64,000 bases of DNA, taken from NCBI GenBank assembly GCA_047602405.1, contig JASGHJ010000001.1:2330423-2394422 (forward strand). Direction: 5' to 3'. Below, one piece after another: positions 19,624 through 29,639 of this stretch. Under the pieces are notes generated by a model. That model was not told the origin of the DNA. It was given only the letters and a program-made list of their open reading frames with translations, and made no database searches. Each line of letters starts with the position of its first letter. Position 1 is the stretch's first letter. Position numbers and translations under genes: made by a program. The DNA is from Anaeromyxobacteraceae bacterium. GTDB taxonomy: Bacteria; Myxococcota; Myxococcia; Myxococcales; Anaeromyxobacteraceae.

Positions 19624-20973
19624 TCACCCGATCGATCTCCCCGCCGCGAGCGCGGGCTCCGGCGGCTCGTCGGGCCGCTCGAGGTCGTCCGCCACGCCGG
19701 GGGCGGCGTCGCGGGTCAGCCGCACCACCACGAGGTGCATCCAGACCAGGCAGCCGAGCGACAGGGCGAAGAGCACGGCGAAGGTCGTCGTCGGCAGGCG
19801 CGTCGCCTGCGCCATCGCGCCGAAGGCGATCGGCATGACGAAGCCGCCGAGGCCCCCGATGACGCCCACGAGCCCACCGACGGCGCCCACCTGCTCCGGG
19901 AAGTACGTCGGGATGTGCTTGAACACGGCGGCCTTGCCGACGCCCATCGCGATCCCGAGGACGAACACGAGCGCGGTGAAGGGCCCCGGGGTCATGTGCA
20001 GGACGAGCCGAGCCCCCGCCGGGCCCGCGGCGTAGGCCCCGGGCGGCGAGAGGGCGACGTCCATGTCCGGGACCGCGAGCAGGAGGGACGCGACCGTGCA
20101 GATCGCGAGCACCCAGTACATCACGGTCCGTGCACCGTACCGATCCGACAGCCAACCGCCCGGCGCCCGGATGATCCCGGACGGGAACACGAAGATCGCG
20201 GTGAGCAGGGCCGCGTCGCGCAGCGAGAGGCCGAAGACGTCGATGTAGTACTTGGGCAGCCAGAGCGAGAGCGCGACGTAGCCGCCGAAGACGAGGAAGT
20301 AGTAGAGGCCGAACCGCCAGACCCGCAGGTGCCGGAGGGGCGCGAGGAGCTCCGCCACGCCCTTCTGCTTGTGGTGGGCGTGATCGGTGTAGGTGAGCGG
20401 GTAGTAGCAGGCGGCCATCACGAGCACGCCCACCGCGTAGACGAAGGGCACGAAGCGCCAGCCGCCCGGGACGAGCCCGGCGCCGCCCGCCGGCACCACC
20501 AGCATGAGCCCCGGCGCGAACAGCTTCGTGAGCGAGGCGCCGGTGTTGCCCGCGCCGAAGATCCCCAGCGCCGTCCCCTGGAGCCGCTGCGGGAACCAGG
20601 CCGAGGTGTAGGCGATCCCGACCGCGAACGAGGTGCCCGCCATGCCGAGCGCGAGGCCGAGCGCGATGAACTGCCAGTAACGGTCCGCGAGGCAGATCAG
20701 GAGGAGGGGCGCGGCGGTGAACACGAGCAGGGCGGTGAAGATCGGGCGCCCGCCCCACCGGTCGGTGGCCATGCCCATCGGGAGGCGGAGGAGCGAGCCG
20801 GTGAGGATCGGCACCGCGACCAGGGTGGCGAACTCGGTCTCGGTGAGCCCGAGCTCCTTGCGGATCGGGATGCCGATGATGGCGAAGACCACCCACACGG
20901 CGAACAGCACCGTGAACCCGAGGGTGTTCAGGGCGAGGACGCGGGTCCGCCGCCGGCCCAGGTCGATCGTCAT
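19624..20973 (-). CDS. narK: Nitrate/nitrite MFS transporter (NarK1-like)
   Basis: GTSFAVGIAYTSAWF, GIFGAGNTG, FGLYYFLVFGGYV, GGLGGF nitrate signatures. Confidence 0.9.
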   Translation of the reverse strand: MTIDLGRRRTRVLALNTLGFTVLFAVWVVFAIIGIPIRKELGLTETEFATLVAVPILTGSLLRLPMGMATDRWGGRPIFTALLVFTAAPLLLICLADRYWQFIALGLALGMAGTSFAVGIAYTSAWFPQRLQGTALGIFGAGNTGASLTKLFAPGLMLVVPAGGAGLVPGGWRFVPFVYAVGVLVMAACYYPLTYTDHAHHKQKGVAELLAPLRHLRVWRFGLYYFLVFGGYVALSLWLPKYYIDVFGLSLRDAALLTAIFVFPSGIIRAPGGWLSDRYGARTVMYWVLAICTVASLLLAVPDMDVALSPPGAYAAGPAGARLVLHMTPGPFTALVFVLGIAMGVGKAAVFKHIPTYFPEQVGAVGGLVGVIGGLGGFVMPIAFGAMAQATRLPTTTFAVLFALSLGCLVWMHLVVVRLTRDAAPGVADDLERPDEPPEPALAAGRSIG

Positions 20974-20983
20974 GGCGTCCCCC

Positions 20984-22357
20984 TCAGCACGGGAGCTCGG
21001 CGCCCCGCCGGGCGTACACCCACCAGGTGACCGCGATGCAGCTCAGGTACACGACGATGAAGCCCACGATCGCGGCCGCCGGGGAGCCCGTCGCCGACAT
21101 CGAGGCGCCGAATGCGCGCGGGACGAAGAAGGCCCCGTAGGCGGCGATCGCCGAGCTGAAGCCGATGACGGCCGCGGACTCCTTCGCGGCGTCCCTGCGG
21201 GCGAGCCCGAGCGCGGTGGCGTCCGCGCCCGCCCGCCGCTCGTGGAAGGTCGCGAACATCACGGGGATCATCCGGAAGGTCGAGCCGTTGCCGATGCCGG
21301 AGGTGGCGAACAGGAGGAGGAACATGGCGAGGAACCCCGGGAAGCTCCCGGGCGCGCCCCCGCGGGGGAGGAAGGCGAGCACGCCGGCCGCGAACGCCGC
21401 CATCGCGCCGAAGTTCCAGAGCGTCACCCGGGCGCCGCCGAGCCGGTCGGCGAGCCAGCCGCCCACGGGCCGGGCGAGGGCCCCCACGAGCGGGCCGAGG
21501 AAGGCGTACTTCACCGGGTTCACTCCCGGGAACAGGGCCTTCGCGAGGAGGGGGAGGCCGGCGGAGAAGCCGATGAACGAGCCGAACGTGCCGGTGTAGA
21601 GCCAGCACATGATCCAGTTGTGCCCGCGCCGGAAGACCACGGCCTGCTCGCGGAAGGAGGCGCGGGCCGACGCGAGGTCGTTCATGCCGAACCACGCGGC
21701 GACGACCGACGCGACGACGAACGGCACCCAGATGAACCCCGCGTTCTGGAGCCAGACCGCCCCGCCCTTCGCCGTCACCTGGGGCTGGCCGCCCAGGGCG
21801 CCGAACACCGAGGTCGTGACGACGAGGGGGACCACGAACTGCATCGTCGACACGCCGAGGTTGCCCAGGCCGGCGTTCAGCCCGAGGGCGATGCCCTTGC
21901 GGTCCTTCGGGAAGAAGAAGCTGATGTTCGCCATGCTCGAGGCGAAGTTTCCGCCGCCGAGGCCGCAGAGGAGGGCGAGCACGAGCATCGTGGCGTAGGA
22001 GGTGGAGGGGTCCTGCACCGCCCAGCCGATGCCCACCGCCGGGACGAGCAGGGACGCCGTCGAGATCGCCGTCCAGCGGCGCCCGCCGAACACGGGCACC
22101 GCGAAGGAGTAGAAGATGCGCAGGGTCGCGCCGGAGAGCCCGGGCAGCGCAGCCAGCCAGAACAGCTGATCGGTCGTGAACGGGAACCCGACCTCCGGGA
22201 GCCGCACGACGACGACGCTCCAGACCATCCAGACCGCGAAGGCGAGGAGCAGGGCCGGGATCGACAGCCAGAGGTTCCGCTGCGCGATCGCGCTGCCCCC
22301 CGCCTCCCAGGCGGTGCGGTCCTCCGGGTCCCACCGCTCGATGACGCTGGCGCTCAT
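20984..22357 (-). CDS. narK: Nitrate/nitrite MFS transporter (NarK2/NarU-like)
   Basis: WDPED, RNLWLSIP, GGGNFASSMANISFFFP, GIGNGSTFRMIP. Confidence 0.93.
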   Translation of the reverse strand: MSASVIERWDPEDRTAWEAGGSAIAQRNLWLSIPALLLAFAVWMVWSVVVVRLPEVGFPFTTDQLFWLAALPGLSGATLRIFYSFAVPVFGGRRWTAISTASLLVPAVGIGWAVQDPSTSYATMLVLALLCGLGGGNFASSMANISFFFPKDRKGIALGLNAGLGNLGVSTMQFVVPLVVTTSVFGALGGQPQVTAKGGAVWLQNAGFIWVPFVVASVVAAWFGMNDLASARASFREQAVVFRRGHNWIMCWLYTGTFGSFIGFSAGLPLLAKALFPGVNPVKYAFLGPLVGALARPVGGWLADRLGGARVTLWNFGAMAAFAAGVLAFLPRGGAPGSFPGFLAMFLLLFATSGIGNGSTFRMIPVMFATFHERRAGADATALGLARRDAAKESAAVIGFSSAIAAYGAFFVPRAFGASMSATGSPAAAIVGFIVVYLSCIAVTWWVYARRGAELPC

Positions 22358-23031
22358 CGCGCACCTCCCGCCGTCGGCCGGGGGCGTCGCCAGACGACCA
22401 CCTGCGGGAGCCGCCACACGTAGTGCGCCGGGACCACCAGCGCGTGCGCGAGCCGGGTGAACGGCACGAGGGCCACGAGCACGAGCGCGTTCAGGGCGTG
22501 GAGCTTGAAGGCGAGCGGGAGGTTCTCGACGAGGTCGACGCGCGGGGACAGGGTCAGGAGCGAGGCGAGCCACGGCGTCGCCGCGCGCGTGAACCAGGCG
22601 AGGCCCCACCGGGCGGTCACCGCGATCCACAGCCCCGACCCGACCTGCAGGAGGAGGAGCGCCAGCACGGTCCAGTCGAGCCAGGGGGTCCGGCCGCGGA
22701 GCACGAACCGGCGGGCCACGAGCACGAGGAGGCCCGCGAGCGCGGTGAGGCCGAGCGCGAACCCGGAGAGCTCGATCACGAGCAGGCGCGCCGGCGCCGA
22801 GAGGAGCCACGCGAGGTGTCCGGGCAGGAAGATGGCGCAGAGGTGGACGAGGAGGACGAGGAGGATGCCGTAGTGCCACGAGACCGCGCCCCAGTACTGG
22901 AGCCTCGCCTCGAGCAGCTGTGACGAGTGGGTGGTGACGGTCTCGCGGGCCGCGCCGAACCGGCGCAGGCCCCCGACCACCGCGACGGCGAACAGGACGT
23001 AGGGGACGGTGCCGAACAAAAAGCCGTTCAT
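22354..23031 (-). CDS. narI: Respiratory nitrate reductase gamma subunit
   Basis: SSQLLE, WHYGILLVLLVH, FKLH, PFTRLAH heme-ligand His pattern. Confidence 0.9.
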   Translation of the reverse strand: MNGFLFGTVPYVLFAVAVVGGLRRFGAARETVTTHSSQLLEARLQYWGAVSWHYGILLVLLVHLCAIFLPGHLAWLLSAPARLLVIELSGFALGLTALAGLLVLVARRFVLRGRTPWLDWTVLALLLLQVGSGLWIAVTARWGLAWFTRAATPWLASLLTLSPRVDLVENLPLAFKLHALNALVLVALVPFTRLAHALVVPAHYVWRLPQVVVWRRPRPTAGGAR

Positions 23032-23549
23032 GGCGAGACCTCCTCGCGAAGTGCGTCGATCACCGAGGCGTAAGGGTTCGAGGACTCCCGCAGGCTCTCC
23101 GCCATGCGGTCGAGCGCGGGCCGCAGGGCGTCGGCGAGCAGCGCGTCGCGGCTCGCGCCGGCGGGCACCGCGGCCAGGTAGCGGAGGACGACCGCGAGGT
23201 GATCCGGGAGCTCCCCGCTGTCGTCCGCGAAGCCGTCGTCACGGTAGACGCCGGCGAGGCGGGCCATGAACGCCCCCCGCCGCGGGCTCTCGCCGCACAG
23301 GTGGTGGCCGAGGTAAGGCGGGCAGGCGGGGTCGAGGTCGAACGCCTCGGAGTAGCGCTCCTCGAGCTCGTGCGGCCCCGCGGCCGCGGCCACGGTGGCG
23401 AAGCGCTCGAGCCGCCGGGTCGCCTCGGGCCGCGCCACGAGGCCGAGGCACTCCCGGGCCACGTCGGCCGGGTCGCGTACCGGGTACGTCAGGAGCTCCG
23501 CGAAGGCGCCCAGCGCGCGGTTCGAGACGGGTCGGGGGGACACGGTCAC
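23028..23549 (-). CDS. narJ: Nitrate reductase molybdenum cofactor assembly chaperone
   Basis: LLTYP, YSEAFDL, YLGHHLCGES..RG, ELPDHL, NPYA. Confidence 0.88.
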   Translation of the reverse strand: MTVSPRPVSNRALGAFAELLTYPVRDPADVARECLGLVARPEATRRLERFATVAAAAGPHELEERYSEAFDLDPACPPYLGHHLCGESPRRGAFMARLAGVYRDDGFADDSGELPDHLAVVLRYLAAVPAGASRDALLADALRPALDRMAESLRESSNPYASVIDALREEVSP

Positions 23550-25018
23550 CTCCCCGGCGGCGCGCGCAGGTAGGCGAACCCGGCGGCGTTCTGGACCTGC
23601 GGCTCGCCGCTGGGCTCGGAGATCCCCTCCCGCATCATCGGGGGGATGACGATGCGCTCCTCCATGCTGGCGAGCGCGGTCAGGCGGTAGATCGCGTCGG
23701 CGTCCGCCGCGCCCAGCCCGGCCTGGTCCAGCGCCTGCGCCGCCGCCGCGGGGTCGAGGTCCCCGACCCTCGTGGAGCGGCGGTGCAGCCGGACCGCGAT
23801 GAGCTTGCGGTACGTCGCGCGGATCACGTCCTCGTTGCCCGCCGAGAAGAGGCTCGCGAGGTAGCGGATTGGCAGCCGGGCGCCCTCCAGGGAGGTGAAG
23901 AACGCGCCCGCGCCCTCCTGGGCGTCCTGCGCCATCGCCGGGAGCAGCGGCGGCACGTAGAAGAGCATCGGGAGGGTCCGGTACTCCGCGTGGAGCGGGA
24001 GCGCGATCCCCCAGTCCTTCACGAAGCGCAGCACCGGCGACCGGCGCGCCGCGTCGATCACCGCGTCGGGGATCCCGCTCGCGTGCGCCGCGGCGGCCAC
24101 GGCGGGATCGCGGGGATCGAGCACGAGGCTCCGCTGCGCCTCGACGAGCGCGGCCTCGTCGGCCCCGGCGACCTCGCGGAGCCGGTCGGCGTCGTAGAGG
24201 AGCACACCCAGGTAGCGGATCCGCCCGACGCAGGTGTGGAAGCACGCGGGCGCCTCGCCGGCCTCGAGGCGCGGGTAGCACAGGATGCACTTCTCCGACT
24301 TGCCGGTGGACCAGTTGAAGTAGATCTTCTTGTACGGGCAGGCCGAGATGCACATGCGCCAGCCCCGGCAGCGCTCCTGGTTCACGAGCACGATGCCGTC
24401 CTCGCCGCGCTTCGTGATGGCGCCGGAGGGGCACGCCGCGACGCACGCCGCGTTCAGGCAGTGGTTGCAGATGCGCGGGAGGTAGAAGAACACCATCCGC
24501 TCGATGCTCTGGAGCTCCGCGCGCTCCTCCGCCGAGACCTTCGCCAGGTTCGGATCCTGCGCGGCGTAGACGTTCGAGCCCGAGAGGTCGTCGTCCCAGT
24601 TCGGGCCGGAGCGGATCTCCAGGGGCTTCCCGTCCAGGACCGAGACGGGCCGCGCGGTGGGCTGGTCGGCGCCCGCGGGCGCGTCGAACAGCTCGCCGTA
24701 GCGGTAGGTGAAGGGGTGGTAGTAGTCGTCGAGGACCGGCAGCCCCGGGTTGGAGAAGAGGCGGCCGAGCGTCGCGAGCTTGCCGCCCTGGCGCAGCGTG
24801 AGCGCGTCGCCGTCCTTCCTCCACCCGCCGCGGTGGTGCTCCTGATCCTCCCAGGCGACCGGGTAGCCGGTGCCGGGCTTCGTCTCGACGTTGTTCCACC
24901 ACGCGTACTCGACGCCGCGGCGGTCGGTCCACTGGTTCTTGCAGGCGACGCTGCAGGTGTGACAGCCGATGCACTTGTCGAGGTGGAACACCATCGAGAT
25001 CTGCGAGCGGACGTCCAT
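23546..25018 (-). CDS. narH: Respiratory nitrate reductase beta subunit
   Basis: LDKCIGCHTCSVACK, WNNVETKPG, LPRICNHCLN, CRGWRMC, KCILCYPR. Confidence 0.97.
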   Translation of the reverse strand: MDVRSQISMVFHLDKCIGCHTCSVACKNQWTDRRGVEYAWWNNVETKPGTGYPVAWEDQEHHRGGWRKDGDALTLRQGGKLATLGRLFSNPGLPVLDDYYHPFTYRYGELFDAPAGADQPTARPVSVLDGKPLEIRSGPNWDDDLSGSNVYAAQDPNLAKVSAEERAELQSIERMVFFYLPRICNHCLNAACVAACPSGAITKRGEDGIVLVNQERCRGWRMCISACPYKKIYFNWSTGKSEKCILCYPRLEAGEAPACFHTCVGRIRYLGVLLYDADRLREVAGADEAALVEAQRSLVLDPRDPAVAAAAHASGIPDAVIDAARRSPVLRFVKDWGIALPLHAEYRTLPMLFYVPPLLPAMAQDAQEGAGAFFTSLEGARLPIRYLASLFSAGNEDVIRATYRKLIAVRLHRRSTRVGDLDPAAAAQALDQAGLGAADADAIYRLTALASMEERIVIPPMMREGISEPSGEPQVQNAAGFAYLRAPPGR

Positions 25019-25029
25019 GGGCGGCCTCC

Positions 25030-28000
25030 CTAGAACTGCGGTGCGCCCGGGAGCTTGCGCACGCGGACGAAGGTGTCGCGGTTGTTGCCGGTGGGGCCCC
25101 AGTAGTTGAGGGCGAACGTGAACTGGCCGTAGCCGCCGAGCATGAGGGTGGGCTTGAGGCGCACGCGGGTGAGGCTGTTGTGGCCGCCGCCGCGCCGCCC
25201 GCCGCGGAGCGGGCTCTTCGGCACGCCGATGGTCCGCTCGGGCGAGTGGTAGAGCAGGCAGAGCCCGGAGGGGATGCGCGCGCTCACCACGCAGCGAACG
25301 ACCACCACGCCGTGGTCGTTCCAGGCCTCGACCCAGTCGTTGTCGCGCAGGCCGATGGAGTCCGCGTCCCGATCGTTGATCCAGAGCGGGTGCGTGCCGC
25401 GCGAGAGCGTCAGCATGCGGAGGTTGTCGCCGTACGTGGAGTGGATGCCCCACTTGCCGTGCGGGGTGAGGTAGTTGAGCTGGAGGCTCGGTCCCTCGGC
25501 GCCGTCGCCCGCGCTGCCGACGAGGTCGGGCCCGGGCTTCGGCTTGTAGGTCGGCAGGGCCTCGCCGAAGGCGATGAACCCGGGGTGGTCGAGGTAGAAG
25601 TGCTGGCGGCCGGTGAGGGTCCGCCACGGCACGAGCCGCTCGACGTTGAGGCAGTAGGCCGAGTAGGTGCGGCCACCCCCGGTGATCCCGGTCCAGCACG
25701 GCGAGTCCAGGAGCCGCCGGGGCTGCCGCGCGAGCTCGGCGAACGTCGTGCGCACGCTCCGGCTGCCGGCGACGAGATCGGTGAGCGGGAGCCCGACCTT
25801 CTTCTCCTCGGCGGCGAAGGCCCGGTGGGCCGACTCGCCGTTCGTCTCGGGCGCGAGGTGGAGGATCACGTTCGCCGCGTCGCGGGCCTGCTCGATCGAG
25901 GGGTAGCGCTGGCCGCCCCACTCGACCGAGGGCCGGTCGCGCACGAGCTCGTCGTAGAGGTCGTCGACCGGCCAGTTGATGCCGTGCGCGGCGAGGCCCC
26001 CCGTCCGCACCGCGGGGCCGAACGAGACGAAGCGCCGGTGCAGGTTCACGTAGTCGCGCTCGACGTACGAGAGGCCCGGCATGGTCTTGCCCGGCTCGGG
26101 CGCGCACTCGCCCTTCGACCAGTCCCTGAGCTCGCGCTGCGCGAGCTCGGCCGGCGTGTCGTGCATGAGGGGGCGGGTGACGATCTCGCGCACCGTGCCG
26201 GGGAGGTGGACGCGGGCGAGCTCGCTCACCTTCTCCGCGATGGACCGGAAGATGTCCCAGTCCGAGCGCGACTCCCAGCAGGGCGGTACGGCCGCCTGCA
26301 GGGGGTGGATGTACGAGTGCATGTCGGTGGAGTTGAGGTCGTCCTTCTCGTACCAGGTGGCCGCCGGGAGGATGACGTCGGAGTAGAGCGCCGTCGTGTC
26401 CATCCGGAAGTTGAGGTCGACGACGAGGTCGAGCTTCCCCTCCGGGGCGGGGCTCCGCCACCGGGCGTCCTCGACGGCGCCCTCGGCCTTCTCCGGCGCG
26501 GCGACCGCGGAGTGGGTGCCGAGGTAGTGGCGCAGGAAGTACTCGTGCCCCTTCGCCGAGGACATGAGCGCGTTGCCGCGCCAGATGAACCACAGGCGCG
26601 GCCAGTTCTCGGGCGCGTCGGGGTCCTCCACCGAGAAGCGGAGCTTCTTCTCCACGAGCTGCTCCACCACCCAGCGCGAGACGTCTGCGTCGGTGGCCGC
26701 GCCCGCGGCGCGCGCCTCCTCCACCACGGCGGCCGGGGTCCGGTCGAACTGGGGGAAGAAGGGGAGCCAGCCCATCCGCACCGCCCGGACCTGGTGGTCC
26801 ATCGTGTGGCGGTCGGCGAAGGCGCTCGCCTCCGGGAGCGGATTGAGCCGCGCGTCCTCGCCGGCCCCCTCGTACCGCCACTGGCCGGAGTGGACGTAGT
26901 GGAAGGAGGGCGCGTTCTGCAGCCGCGGCGGGCCTGCCCAGTCGAGCGCGAAGGCGAGCGCGGACCACGGCGCGACCGGCGCGAGCTTCTCCTGGCCGAC
27001 GTAGTGGTTGAGCCCGCCGCCGTTCTTCCCGACGCAGCCGCAGAGCACGAGCCCGGCGATGGCGGCGCGGTAGGCGTGATCGCCGTGGTACCACTGGTTC
27101 ACGCCGGCGCCGATGATGACCGAGCACTTGCCGCCGGTGCGCTCGGCGGTGGTCGCCCACTCGCGCGCGAACCGGAGCACGTCCGCGGCCGGGACCCCGG
27201 TGTGCTGCTCCTGCCAGGCGGGCGTGTACGCGCCGCCGGCGTCGTCGTACCCGGCGGGATAGGCGCCGGGCAGGCCGCGCGAGACGCCGTACTGGGCGAA
27301 GAGCAGGTCGTAGACCGTCGCGACCTTCACCGGGCCGCGGATCGTCTCGACGGTGCGCACCGGCACGCCGCGCAGCGCGACCTTGCCACTGCCGTACTCG
27401 TCGAAGGCCACCTCGGCGACCTCGCCCTCGCCGAGGGCGGAGAGCCGCGCGTCGATCGGCTCGCCGTCGAGGCCGTCCTTCAGCTCGAGGTTCCACTGGC
27501 CCTTCTCGTGCTGCCACCGGAAGCCGATCGAGCCGCGCGGCATCCGGGGGGCTCCCTTCGCCCCGTCCCAGACGACGAACTTGAAGTCGCCGTTCTCGAC
27601 CGCGCGCGTGCGCTCGAGCTCGCTCGCGCGGAGCATCCGGCCCGGCCGCAGGCCCGCGGCGCGCTCCTCCAGCTCCACGAGGAACGGCGCGTCGCTGTAC
27701 CGGCGCACGTAGTCGAGGAACGCGGGGGTGGGGTGCTCGTGGTGGAACTCCCGCAGGATGACGTGGTCGACCGCGAGCCAGAAGGCGGCGTCCTGGCCCG
27801 CGTGGATCGGGATCCACTGGTCGGCGTACTTCGAGGTCATGCTGAAGTCGGGGCTCAGCACGACGAGCTTCGCCCCGTCGTGGCGCGCCTCGGCGGCGAA
27901 GTGGACGTCCGGCGTCCGGGTCATCCCCAGGTTGGCGCCCATCGAGACGATGAACTTGGAGTGGAACCAGTCGGCGCTCTCGGCGACGTCGGTCTGCTCG

Positions 28001-28647
28001 CCCCAGACCTCGGGCGAGGCGTTGGGGAGGTCGCAGTACCAGTCGTAGAAGGAGAGGTTCACGCCGCCCAGGAGCTGCAGGAACCGGGAGCCCGCCGCGA
28101 AGGAGAGCATCGACATCGCGGGGATCGGGCTGAAGCCGACGACGCGGTCGGAGCCGTGGCGCTTGACCGTGTGGACGGTCGAGGCGGCGACGAGCTCGAG
28201 GACCTCGGCCCAGGTGCTCCGGCGCAGGCCGCCCTTGCCGCGGGCCTCCTGGTAGCTGCGGCGCTTGACGGGGTCGTCCACGATGGAGGCCCACGCCGCG
28301 ACCGGGTCGGCGTGGCGCCGGCGCGCCTCCCGCCAGAGGTCCATGAGCACGCCGCGCAGGTACGGGTACTTCACCCGGAGCGGGCTGTAGAGGTACCAGG
28401 AGGCGGAGATCCCGCGCTGGCAGCCGCGCGGCTCGTACGCGGGCACGTCGCAGGAGATGCGGGGGTAGTCGGTGGCCTGGGTCTCGAGGGCGACCACGCC
28501 GTTCTTGACGTGGATGTTCCAGGAGCAGCCGCCGGTGCAGTTCACGCCGTGGGTGCTGCGCACGACCTTGTCGTGCTGGAAGCGGTTCCGGTAGAGCTCC
28601 TCCCACCGCCGCTCCGACGCGTCGAACACGTCCTTCACCCAGCTCAT
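25030..28647 (-). CDS. narG: Respiratory nitrate reductase alpha subunit
   Basis: [52 protein letters not shown]. Confidence 0.97.
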   Translation of the reverse strand: MSWVKDVFDASERRWEELYRNRFQHDKVVRSTHGVNCTGGCSWNIHVKNGVVALETQATDYPRISCDVPAYEPRGCQRGISASWYLYSPLRVKYPYLRGVLMDLWREARRRHADPVAAWASIVDDPVKRRSYQEARGKGGLRRSTWAEVLELVAASTVHTVKRHGSDRVVGFSPIPAMSMLSFAAGSRFLQLLGGVNLSFYDWYCDLPNASPEVWGEQTDVAESADWFHSKFIVSMGANLGMTRTPDVHFAAEARHDGAKLVVLSPDFSMTSKYADQWIPIHAGQDAAFWLAVDHVILREFHHEHPTPAFLDYVRRYSDAPFLVELEERAAGLRPGRMLRASELERTRAVENGDFKFVVWDGAKGAPRMPRGSIGFRWQHEKGQWNLELKDGLDGEPIDARLSALGEGEVAEVAFDEYGSGKVALRGVPVRTVETIRGPVKVATVYDLLFAQYGVSRGLPGAYPAGYDDAGGAYTPAWQEQHTGVPAADVLRFAREWATTAERTGGKCSVIIGAGVNQWYHGDHAYRAAIAGLVLCGCVGKNGGGLNHYVGQEKLAPVAPWSALAFALDWAGPPRLQNAPSFHYVHSGQWRYEGAGEDARLNPLPEASAFADRHTMDHQVRAVRMGWLPFFPQFDRTPAAVVEEARAAGAATDADVSRWVVEQLVEKKLRFSVEDPDAPENWPRLWFIWRGNALMSSAKGHEYFLRHYLGTHSAVAAPEKAEGAVEDARWRSPAPEGKLDLVVDLNFRMDTTALYSDVILPAATWYEKDDLNSTDMHSYIHPLQAAVPPCWESRSDWDIFRSIAEKVSELARVHLPGTVREIVTRPLMHDTPAELAQRELRDWSKGECAPEPGKTMPGLSYVERDYVNLHRRFVSFGPAVRTGGLAAHGINWPVDDLYDELVRDRPSVEWGGQRYPSIEQARDAANVILHLAPETNGESAHRAFAAEEKKVGLPLTDLVAGSRSVRTTFAELARQPRRLLDSPCWTGITGGGRTYSAYCLNVERLVPWRTLTGRQHFYLDHPGFIAFGEALPTYKPKPGPDLVGSAGDGAEGPSLQLNYLTPHGKWGIHSTYGDNLRMLTLSRGTHPLWINDRDADSIGLRDNDWVEAWNDHGVVVVRCVVSARIPSGLCLLYHSPERTIGVPKSPLRGGRRGGGHNSLTRVRLKPTLMLGGYGQFTFALNYWGPTGNNRDTFVRVRKLPGAPQF

Positions 28648-29138
28648 CGCTGACCTCCACGGATGGTGTTGGCGCCGGCGAGGATCTTCGCCCGCGAGGA
28701 GCCCGTCCTCCTTCGCCCCGCGAGCCCGATGACCCCGAGGAGGAGGCCCGCGCCGGCGGCGCCGAGCAGCTCCACCCGGTGGGTGGGCTCCGGCGCGCCA
28801 CGCGCGGCGGCGGCCGCGAGGAAGGCGGCGAGCGCCGTCCGCTCCTCCGGCGCGAGCGGCCTGCCCGCGTAGAGCGGGGTCATGGTCGGGAAGGGGAGGT
28901 CCTCGAGGAGGCCCTCGATCGCGCCCGGATCGACGCCGGCGAGGCTGGAGAGCGCGGGGCCGAGGTTGGCGGTGGCGGCGAGCCCCTCGCCGGCCAGGGC
29001 ATGGCAGGCGGCGCAGGGTGGCCCGCCGCCGCTGAGCGGCCGCTCGCCGGTGAACAGGTCCCTGCCCTGCGCCGAGGGGGCCTGGGCGATCGCGAGCCGG
29101 GGGACGAGGAGGAGCGAGGCCAGCGCGAGGCGATTCAT
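28644..29138 (-). CDS. Membrane-anchored monoheme cytochrome c (NarC-like position)
   Basis: Signal peptide, CAACH, distal Met (FPTMTP), C-terminal TM helix; stop overlaps the narG start. Confidence 0.85.
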   Translation of the reverse strand: MNRLALASLLLVPRLAIAQAPSAQGRDLFTGERPLSGGGPPCAACHALAGEGLAATANLGPALSSLAGVDPGAIEGLLEDLPFPTMTPLYAGRPLAPEERTALAAFLAAAAARGAPEPTHRVELLGAAGAGLLLGVIGLAGRRRTGSSRAKILAGANTIRGGQR

Positions 29139-29149
29139 ACCGGTCATTC

Positions 29150-29165
29150 TGGATATGGTTATCCA
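29150..29165. promoter_or_regulatory. Candidate Rrf2 operator
   Basis: Inverted repeat TGGATA-tggt-TATCCA in the 86-bp divergent gap between the cytochrome c/nar operon and the Rrf2 gene. Confidence 0.55.
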
Positions 29166-29224
29166 CAATCACCAAGATGTGTACAGGAGATGACAGGGCT
29201 GCCCCGATTGGCTACGTTCCCCGG

Positions 29225-29632
29225 GTGACCTTCTCCGCCTCCGCCGTCCACGCGCTCCGCGCCACGTCCTGGCTCGCGGAGCACCCCGGGGCCGAGCCCG
29301 TGCTCGGGCGCGACCTGGCCCGCGAGATCGAGGTGCCCCCGGACTACCTCGCGAAGGTGCTCGGCACGCTCGCGAAGCACGGCGTCCTGCGCGCGACCCG
29401 TGGGGCCAAGGGCGGTTACCGGCTCGCGAGGGCTCCGTCGCGCATCCGCCTGCTCGAGATCGTGGAGCCCTTCGAGGGGACCCGGGCGCGGACGACCTGC
29501 CTCCTGCGGCCGGGCAAGCCCTGCCGTCCCTCGACCGCCTGCGCCGCGCACGACTCGTGGAGCAGCGTGACCGAGGCCTACCGGGAGTTCCTCGAGAACA
29601 CGACCGTCGAGGACATCCGCGAGCGTCCCTGA
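29225..29632 (+). CDS. Rrf2 family transcriptional regulator
   Basis: YLAKVL, RGAKGGYRLAR, C-x7-C-x5-C-x2-H. Confidence 0.9.
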   Translation: MTFSASAVHALRATSWLAEHPGAEPVLGRDLAREIEVPPDYLAKVLGTLAKHGVLRATRGAKGGYRLARAPSRIRLLEIVEPFEGTRARTTCLLRPGKPCRPSTACAAHDSWSSVTEAYREFLENTTVEDIRERP

Positions 29633-29639
29633 CGGGGCC

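Noticed and set aside
25030..28647. Periplasmic Nar or nitrite oxidoreductase
   Set aside because: No twin-arginine signal peptide; narJ, narI and narK context fits cytoplasm-facing NarG.
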